DNA of 64,000 bases, from positions 14,811 to 78,810 of IMG/VR virus record IMGVR_UViG_3300050335_000039; one strand, 5' to 3'. Under the pieces are notes generated by a model, which was not told the origin of the DNA, did no database searches, and saw only the letters and a list, made by a program, of their open reading frames with translations. The DNA is from a virus (taxonomy: Duplodnaviria > Caudoviricetes). Of the stretch, positions 57,629 to 64,000 are shown piece by piece. Position 1 is the first letter of the stretch; each line of letters begins with the position of its first letter. Both the position numbers and the translations under genes were made by a program.

Positions 57629-58492
57629 ATGTTAACATTAGGTAGTGATCCAGAAAGTTTTTTAATGGAAAAGGATGGAAGTACGCTTGTCCCGCCAATT
57701 TATTTACAAAACAATTGTGGTTTGTCGTCTATTGGTGGAACAAAAAAACATCCAATATTTTTACAAACAAAAAATGTAAATATTATCGCTGATGGGGCGG
57801 CATTTGAATTTAATCCACGTCCTTCTACAACTCCAGAAGAATTTTATTCACGTATTGGTGAAATGAAAGATGGATTAAATGAATTAGGAAATAAATTTAA
57901 TTTAATTCCAGCATTTCTACCGACCGTTAATTTCAATGTAGAAAGATTCTTTTTAAATGATAAATTAACTAAAGAAGAAAAAATGGCAGTAATTTTTGGA
58001 TGTGATCCAGATCGTCGTGCTTTTAATAGTTACTATGTATCAGAAATTTTAGATGTTTATGAACATAAATTTAGATATGGCGGGGGGCATATTCATATAT
58101 CTTATCCAGAAAAAAATGAATTAATTAAAGATGAACCTGTACCAATTGTTTTATCTTTAATGTTATATTTAGGCACATATTGTGTTATTAATTCTCCATT
58201 TTTAAAGGAAGATAGGCAAAGATGTTTTTATTATGGAATTCCTGACCGTTATCGTATTCAAAAATATTCTGATGAAATTAATGGAATTGAATTCAGACCT
58301 CCATCAAACAGCTGGATGAGTTGGAGTAAAGAAAAATTTAATGATCTATTTTTTGTGATTGAAAAGGCAATTGAATCCGTAGAAAATAAAAAAATAGGTA
58401 AATTAATTAAGAAATATGGCGACCATGCTTATAATTCTATCTCTAATTATGATGTAGAATCTTGTAAAGATATTTTAAATAATATAATTTAG
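57629..58492 (+). CDS. phiEco32-like COOH-NH2 ligase type 2
   Basis: LGSDPE.FL, DGAAFEFN, GCDPD, RYGGGHIHI, IEFRPPSN. Confidence 0.8.
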   Translation: MLTLGSDPESFLMEKDGSTLVPPIYLQNNCGLSSIGGTKKHPIFLQTKNVNIIADGAAFEFNPRPSTTPEEFYSRIGEMKDGLNELGNKFNLIPAFLPTVNFNVERFFLNDKLTKEEKMAVIFGCDPDRRAFNSYYVSEILDVYEHKFRYGGGHIHISYPEKNELIKDEPVPIVLSLMLYLGTYCVINSPFLKEDRQRCFYYGIPDRYRIQKYSDEINGIEFRPPSNSWMSWSKEKFNDLFFVIEKAIESVENKKIGKLIKKYGDHAYNSISNYDVESCKDILNNII

Positions 58493-58499
58493 AGGTAAT

Positions 58500-59582
58500 A
58501 TGAAAGAATTAATAAATACTATAGGCGTAGAATTTGAAACGGAAAATATTCTACAGTCTAGGATTAGAGACAATTCTAGACTATTTCAATTAAAAACGGA
58601 TGCATCAATAGAATCTGATGCAAATACTATTACCGGAAATAATTTAATATACAAATTAAATGGAAATACTGCTATTTTAAATTGTCTAAGAAACAATGTA
58701 GTAGTTGGTACTGAAATAGTTACTAATCCGCTAGATTCTACAGACAATTTATTTGATAAAATAAGAGAAATTTTATATATGATTTCTTTAGCGGGGGAAA
58801 CACCGTATGGCGAAAGAAGCGGTTATCACTATCACATTAATATTGGTATAAATTTGCAAATTTTAAAAAATATTATAAGACTTGGAAAACATTTAGAGGA
58901 TGTATTTTATTTAATTGGGTGCAACGGATATGAATTTAGAGGAATGAAAAATGATTTTACTTACTGTAGGCCAATAACTTATTTTGGCCCACAATGTGTT
59001 TCCGTAAAAGGCTGCTATTATAGCCAATTATATAATATAAAAGATTTATTATCGGCGGAAACTTCATATAGTTTTTGGGAAATGTACGGCCAAAATCAGA
59101 ATGGGTATTCAACTAGATACCATCCAGTAAGGTACACATGGTTAAATTTATATTCTATTTTAGCTCATTCTACACTAGAATTTAGATTATTTAATAAAAC
59201 ATTAAACCCGTATTATGTTTTAGCTGAAATAGAATTATGTAAAAAATTTGTTTCATTTGTTATTGAAACGTCTTTTAAGGATTTTAAAAATGAAGATTTA
59301 TTAAGAACAAATTCAATATTTGATTGTAGAAGTAAAGAAGATATTATTAAAACATTTATAAGATTTGCTGAAATATCTGAGTTAGATAAAGAATATGTAG
59401 AAATTCTACTTGACATAATGGAGTCTTCACCGTTACCTGTATGTGAAAATTATTATATTTTTTCTCATAAAAGAACCGATAGCTTTTGGTGCAGATCGGA
59501 TTATTATCCAAAAAAAATTCCGGTAGAATCTATAAAAGTACCAAAATATGTTGACATTCATGTATTAAGAGGTGAAAACTAA
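58500..59582 (+). CDS. Putative amidoligase
   Basis: IGVEFE, KTDASI, TEIVT, GYHYHIN, RY..LN, TLEFRLFNKT. Confidence 0.8.
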   Translation: MKELINTIGVEFETENILQSRIRDNSRLFQLKTDASIESDANTITGNNLIYKLNGNTAILNCLRNNVVVGTEIVTNPLDSTDNLFDKIREILYMISLAGETPYGERSGYHYHINIGINLQILKNIIRLGKHLEDVFYLIGCNGYEFRGMKNDFTYCRPITYFGPQCVSVKGCYYSQLYNIKDLLSAETSYSFWEMYGQNQNGYSTRYHPVRYTWLNLYSILAHSTLEFRLFNKTLNPYYVLAEIELCKKFVSFVIETSFKDFKNEDLLRTNSIFDCRSKEDIIKTFIRFAEISELDKEYVEILLDIMESSPLPVCENYYIFSHKRTDSFWCRSDYYPKKIPVESIKVPKYVDIHVLRGEN

Positions 59583-60763
59583 TGTGTGAACTAATGCTAA
59601 TAAATACAAACAATAGAAGAATAAATAAAACTATCTTGTACTTTTTATCCAAAGTAGATAGTATAAAGAATCAAGATGGATTTGGATTTTTTACGAAAAA
59701 TGGAGGAATATTCAAAACAAAACAAGCACCAAATAAAATATCAAATCTTTCAGATATAATTGATAAAAACTATTCGTCTGGAATAATTTTGGCGCATGTA
59801 AGAGCGGCAAGTGCTACAAATGGTAGTAAGATTATTTCCGATGATAAAGCACATCCATTTAGTACAAAAAAATTAATATTAGCTCATAACGGGGCTTTAA
59901 ATTTTACTGGTAATGGTGACGAATATAAAGACAGGGGACTAATAGATTCTGAAGAATTTTTATTAGAGTTAGATAAAGAGTATGATGGCAAAAATTTTCC
60001 TAGTGCTATTAATAAAACTATGGAAAGATTTAAAGGTAAATTTGCATTTTTAATCTACTCCATTCCAGAAAATAAATTCTATGTCATAAGAGGTAAAACA
60101 GCAAAACTGTATAAATCAACAATTAAAATTAATGGGGAAGTTTGTGGAATAGTAATAAATACATCTGATTCTGATTTAAATGAAGCATTAATGTACGTAA
60201 AAGATGTTATGTATATTACATCTAAAATTAATATTGAATTTTCTTCACCGGAATTTATTCCAAATGAGACAATTAATGTTTTGGAAGGATTTAATATTGT
60301 CGAAGTAGCAAAAATAAAAGAAGATGAACCTGTAAGCACGTATAATTATTTTCTATATAACGATTATCCATGCTCAAAAAGTTATGGATATATTAATAAT
60401 AATACTAGTACAAATAAAAAAGATGTAAGAGTTAATAGATTTACAGAATTATTGTATAGTTTTATACTTGTATCGGCATCAGATTTTACAGATGCTGATA
60501 TGGTATGTAAATGTATTACAGGTAAATACCTACTGGATTTAAATTCAAAAGATATTTTGCTATCTCATATAAATACGGCTAATAAATTAATTAATCTAGC
60601 AAAGGGAAATGCTAAACTAGTTAGATCATGGAAAACTATATGTTCTTTTAGTAAAACACCATACACTGACTATAAAATACAATTTCCTTATGTGCTAGAA
60701 AAACCAGATAAAATTTATAGTATTGCAGAAAAACTTATGCCAAGCCAAAATAAGGAAAAATAA
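59582..60763 (+). CDS. Class II (Ntn) glutamine amidotransferase, copy 2, with C-terminal extension
   Basis: Met-Cys start, NQDGFG, LAHVRAAS, HPF, HNG, DSE. Confidence 0.85.
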   Translation: MCELMLINTNNRRINKTILYFLSKVDSIKNQDGFGFFTKNGGIFKTKQAPNKISNLSDIIDKNYSSGIILAHVRAASATNGSKIISDDKAHPFSTKKLILAHNGALNFTGNGDEYKDRGLIDSEEFLLELDKEYDGKNFPSAINKTMERFKGKFAFLIYSIPENKFYVIRGKTAKLYKSTIKINGEVCGIVINTSDSDLNEALMYVKDVMYITSKINIEFSSPEFIPNETINVLEGFNIVEVAKIKEDEPVSTYNYFLYNDYPCSKSYGYINNNTSTNKKDVRVNRFTELLYSFILVSASDFTDADMVCKCITGKYLLDLNSKDILLSHINTANKLINLAKGNAKLVRSWKTICSFSKTPYTDYKIQFPYVLEKPDKIYSIAEKLMPSQNKEK

Positions 60764-60764
60764 A

Positions 60765-61508
60765 ATGTATATACTCACAAATAAATATTCGTTTCCTTCG
60801 GCTAGAATTCTAGCTGAATATTTAAGTAATAAAACAAAAACCAAAATAAAACTAACATCTAATCCAGAAAAAATTAATAATGATTTTTTTATCAGATATG
60901 GTAATTCTTTTAATTTGGATTCAAATAATGATCTTGGACTAAACAATAAAAGTTTTATCAAACTTGTTAGCAATAAACTAAATTTTTCAAAATTGTTAAT
61001 AGAAAATGATATTCTAACGCCTCATTTTGTAGGTAGTGAAGAAAAACCATTATTATTTCCTGTATTAATTAGAAAAACGCTAACATCTAGCGGAGGAAGA
61101 GGAATTGTTTTATGTAGAAACGAAGATGAATTTAATATTAACTGGAAAGACGGGTACTATTGGACTCCATTTTTTAATACATCTTGGGAAGGTAGAGCGC
61201 ACGTATTAAATGGAGAAATTATAAAATTATTTATAAAAGTATTTAATGGAGAAACTGAGGATGAATTCCCAATTAGAAATTTACATAATGGCTACCATTT
61301 TTCATTAAGAAATACTGAAGGTAAATTTTCTAAACTTAAAGATATAGTACATAGATTAAATGATTTAATAAATGGGGAATATTACGCTCTCGATGTTGGA
61401 TTTAGTGAGGGATTTTATATTATTTTTGAGGCCAATTCTGCTCCAGGATTAAATTATAATACAGCAAATCTATATGCTGATTATATCAGTAAAAGATTAA
61501 ATTTATAG
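60765..61508 (+). CDS. ATP-grasp ligase (RimK/phiEco32-like)
   Basis: IRYG, NKL, GGRGI, EGRAHV, YALDV, FEANSAPG. Confidence 0.8.
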   Translation: MYILTNKYSFPSARILAEYLSNKTKTKIKLTSNPEKINNDFFIRYGNSFNLDSNNDLGLNNKSFIKLVSNKLNFSKLLIENDILTPHFVGSEEKPLLFPVLIRKTLTSSGGRGIVLCRNEDEFNINWKDGYYWTPFFNTSWEGRAHVLNGEIIKLFIKVFNGETEDEFPIRNLHNGYHFSLRNTEGKFSKLKDIVHRLNDLINGEYYALDVGFSEGFYIIFEANSAPGLNYNTANLYADYISKRLNL

Positions 61509-61516
61509 GTATATAT

Positions 61517-62305
61517 ATGTTTGTCGGACAAACAAAAATAATGGAGGAATTAAATATTATATATAATAGAATGAAAGGTGGTGATGATTTTAATATATTA
61601 TTTAGGGCCCCATCTGGATATGGAAAAACTGATTTGGGATTAAGAATTATTGCAGGATTTCCTAATGAATATTTATATTATATACCAGATGATGCTGGAA
61701 AAATAAATTTGGTTCTATCATATAGAATACATTTTATAGATGAGGTGCATACACTAAAACAACCTGAATTATTATACCCTCACATGGATTCAAAATTATT
61801 TACTTTTTTATTGGCAAGTAATGAATCTGGTGAATTAAAAGAACCTTTAGTAAATAGGTGTATTCAGTTCATCTTTGAAGAATACACGAAAGAGGAATTA
61901 TCTCTATATGTAAATAATATTTTTAATAATTTTGGTATAAAATTATCTAGTAAACAAATAGAAATAATAACAGAAAATGGAATAGGAAATCCTAGAATTA
62001 TAAAACAAATATGTCAAAGATTGATTAATATTTTTAGGATATACGGTATTCCAAAAGATGAGAATGAATTAGTAAATTATATTATAAATATTTTAAGGAT
62101 AGATAATGGATTAACAGAATACCATATTAGGTATCTAAACTATTTAAAGGAAGTTAAAAGAAGTTCTTTAGTAAATATATCTAATTGTACGCATATAGAT
62201 AAAGCAACTATTGTAAGAGATATTGAACCCGTATTATTATATAAAAAATTAATTAAAATAACCCCAAAAGGAAGGGAGATAGGTGATGCAGACTTATTAC
62301 ACTAA
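61517..62305 (+). CDS. ruvB: RuvB-like Holliday junction branch-migration ATPase
   Basis: FVGQ, APSGYGKT, FIDEVH, GNPRI, IEP.L...LI..TPKGR winged-helix tail. Confidence 0.8.
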   Translation: MFVGQTKIMEELNIIYNRMKGGDDFNILFRAPSGYGKTDLGLRIIAGFPNEYLYYIPDDAGKINLVLSYRIHFIDEVHTLKQPELLYPHMDSKLFTFLLASNESGELKEPLVNRCIQFIFEEYTKEELSLYVNNIFNNFGIKLSSKQIEIITENGIGNPRIIKQICQRLINIFRIYGIPKDENELVNYIINILRIDNGLTEYHIRYLNYLKEVKRSSLVNISNCTHIDKATIVRDIEPVLLYKKLIKITPKGREIGDADLLH

Positions 62306-63143
62306 TTCAGTTACTAGCCCATTATTAATTTCTTTAGCAAGGGAAATTGAAGAAAATTTAATTTCATATTATATAAAACCAAAAGAAGATAGTATAATAG
62401 CCTACGTAGAGAATTTATATGGAAATATAAAAATACAAATACCAAGCATTGAAAATGCTGCAAGTATATTTCCAGAAAGTAAAATAAAAAAGTTCTTAGA
62501 AGTTTCAAACAATAAAGAGGGTAGATTTTTATATGATGTTTCCAAGGATATTATAGTATATTCAGAAAAAGATGGAATAAATACATCTTATATTTTATTT
62601 GTCCCCAGTAAAAATGTTATTAATGAAAATAATTGTACAGTTTTTTCTATAACTAGTGAAGGTAAAATTGTATGGTTTAAATCTTTAAATCACTTATTAG
62701 GGGCATTTATACATTCCAATAGTAAATTTTATAGAAAAGATAAATTAACAGATAAATATAGTGAATCATTTATTTCATTTATTAAATGTACATTTTTATT
62801 AGATGAAAGTGTTGATGTATCACATTTATTACATAACGTGAAACCATGTTGCAATGAAAAAGAAGATTTTCCAGATGACTTATTAACTAATTTTAAAAAC
62901 ATGGTAACAAAAAATTGTGGAAATGTACATTCAAGCGGTAAAGTAAATTTATCAGATATTATTAAAAATAAAAAAATACCCGAAAATGATCGTGGTGTTC
63001 AAGTGAATATAGATGTAAATATTCCTGGAATTAGGTATTGTTATATATCAGGAAAACATTTGATTATATCGGTTTCTGATAAATTTGACTACAATTTTGG
63101 TATGTTAGGTATTGAAAATATTATAATACTAAAGGATCAGTAA
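62283..63143 (+). CDS. Hypothetical protein
   Basis: 286-aa ORF. Confidence 0.6.
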   Translation: MMQTYYTNSVTSPLLISLAREIEENLISYYIKPKEDSIIAYVENLYGNIKIQIPSIENAASIFPESKIKKFLEVSNNKEGRFLYDVSKDIIVYSEKDGINTSYILFVPSKNVINENNCTVFSITSEGKIVWFKSLNHLLGAFIHSNSKFYRKDKLTDKYSESFISFIKCTFLLDESVDVSHLLHNVKPCCNEKEDFPDDLLTNFKNMVTKNCGNVHSSGKVNLSDIIKNKKIPENDRGVQVNIDVNIPGIRYCYISGKHLIISVSDKFDYNFGMLGIENIIILKDQ

Positions 63144-63144
63144 T

Positions 63145-63693
63145 ATGGCATATATATATAATCTAATTATTAACACTCGTAGTAGTCAAAGAATTTTTAC
63201 ATTAATTAGTTGTAGAGAATTATTAATAGACAGTTTAAGTGCATCTTACTATGATTCGGCAATAATAGAATTAGAATCAGATGATCCAAAAAATATATAT
63301 AAAGTATTTTCCAAAATAGATGGAGTAGAAATATATGATAAAACTATTTCATATAAAGGTGATTGTATTTTATATAGTAATTTACCTTTGTTATCGTTAT
63401 TGTTATTTTTAACACGTCATGGATTAGATTTAGATGAATCAAGCATAAAAAAGATCGTAGATATGAGTAAAAAAACGGATGAAGAGAGTGAATACAATGA
63501 TGATCCATATTATATGAGGTCTGAAGATTTAATATATACAGCATTTGGATTATATCTTTATCTAAATAGAAATAAAACCTTTATTAATATATTTGATAAT
63601 ATAAATACTAACTATAATGGAATAGTTACGTATATACATAGACATTTATCATTCTATGCTAGTGATTTTATTAAATTTATTAGAAAATATTAA
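63145..63693 (+). CDS. Hypothetical protein (paralog A)
   Basis: Shares IELESDDPxNIxKVFSKIxGV with the next gene. Confidence 0.6.
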   Translation: MAYIYNLIINTRSSQRIFTLISCRELLIDSLSASYYDSAIIELESDDPKNIYKVFSKIDGVEIYDKTISYKGDCILYSNLPLLSLLLFLTRHGLDLDESSIKKIVDMSKKTDEESEYNDDPYYMRSEDLIYTAFGLYLYLNRNKTFINIFDNINTNYNGIVTYIHRHLSFYASDFIKFIRKY

Positions 63694-63707
63694 GGAGATA
63701 TAATAAA

Positions 63708-64000
63708 ATGATACCTGTTTACAATTTAACTCTGCTTGATAATAACAACAATATACTTGGTATTGTAGATTGTATAGTGTGTAGAGAAATTTTATTGTAT
63801 AACATAAAAAATAAACTTAAAGAAATAGCTATAAAATTTGGTACAGATAAAAAATGTGAAACAATTAAAATAGAATTAGAATCTGATGACCCAGATAATA
63901 TACATAAAGTATTTTCTAAAATAAATGGAGTATTAATTGATAATAACACCATATCGTATAAAACTGACAATATATTACATTTAAATAAACCATTAATGTC
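63708..64000 (+). CDS. Hypothetical protein (paralog B), truncated by window end
   Basis: Hand translation MIPVYNLTLL...IELESDDPDNIHKVFSKINGV...; AGGAG SD. Confidence 0.6.
   Translation, partial: MIPVYNLTLLDNNNNILGIVDCIVCREILLYNIKNKLKEIAIKFGTDKKCETIKIELESDDPDNIHKVFSKINGVLIDNNTISYKTDNILHLNKPLM

Noticed and set aside
1-64000. Alternative genetic code (stop-codon reassignment)
   Set aside because: Large genes (PolA, TerL, tape measure, tail proteins) are uninterrupted in code 11 and no suppressor tRNA was seen

Overview
This window is part of a large, strongly AT-rich dsDNA tailed phage genome. It looks siphovirus-like: tail tube, frameshifted tail chaperone and a 1315-aa tape measure, with no sheath gene recognised. 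Layout: (i) 1-14.0 kb, minus strand: replication, recombination and nucleotide genes (PolA, RecA, SSB, DnaB, Hjc-type resolvase, two exonucleases, dNMP kinase, PAPS-reductase-family protein, deaminase, macro domain) plus tRNA-Ile(UAU); (ii) 14.0-15.15 kb: an RNA hub with four non-canonical tRNA-like genes, two GC-rich structured RNA candidates and back-to-back sigma70 promoters; (iii) 15.2-49.3 kb, plus strand: glycan-modification cluster (one glycosyltransferase carries a mini-intein), terminase, head, neck, tail, tail fibre, a sortase-like gene and a lysis cassette containing a membrane PAS-domain protein; (iv) 49.3-51.4 kb: probable genome-end or control region with three phased motifs, a solitary type I-C CRISPR repeat between two identical 33-bp sequences, a GC-rich two-gene cassette and an ~900-bp array of about 78 RGCCYGGAT(GGAT) units between divergent promoters; (v) 51.4-64 kb: small early genes and a phiEco32-like amidoligase/COOH-NH2 ligase/GATase/ATP-grasp cluster followed by RuvB. 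The most striking items are the spacer-repeat-spacer CRISPR element (candidate RNA anti-CRISPR, or an assembly trace of the host array), the repeat array, the structured and tRNA-like RNAs, and the PAS protein in the lysis cassette. All calls come from motif recognition by eye. No database search, RNA folding or read mapping was run.
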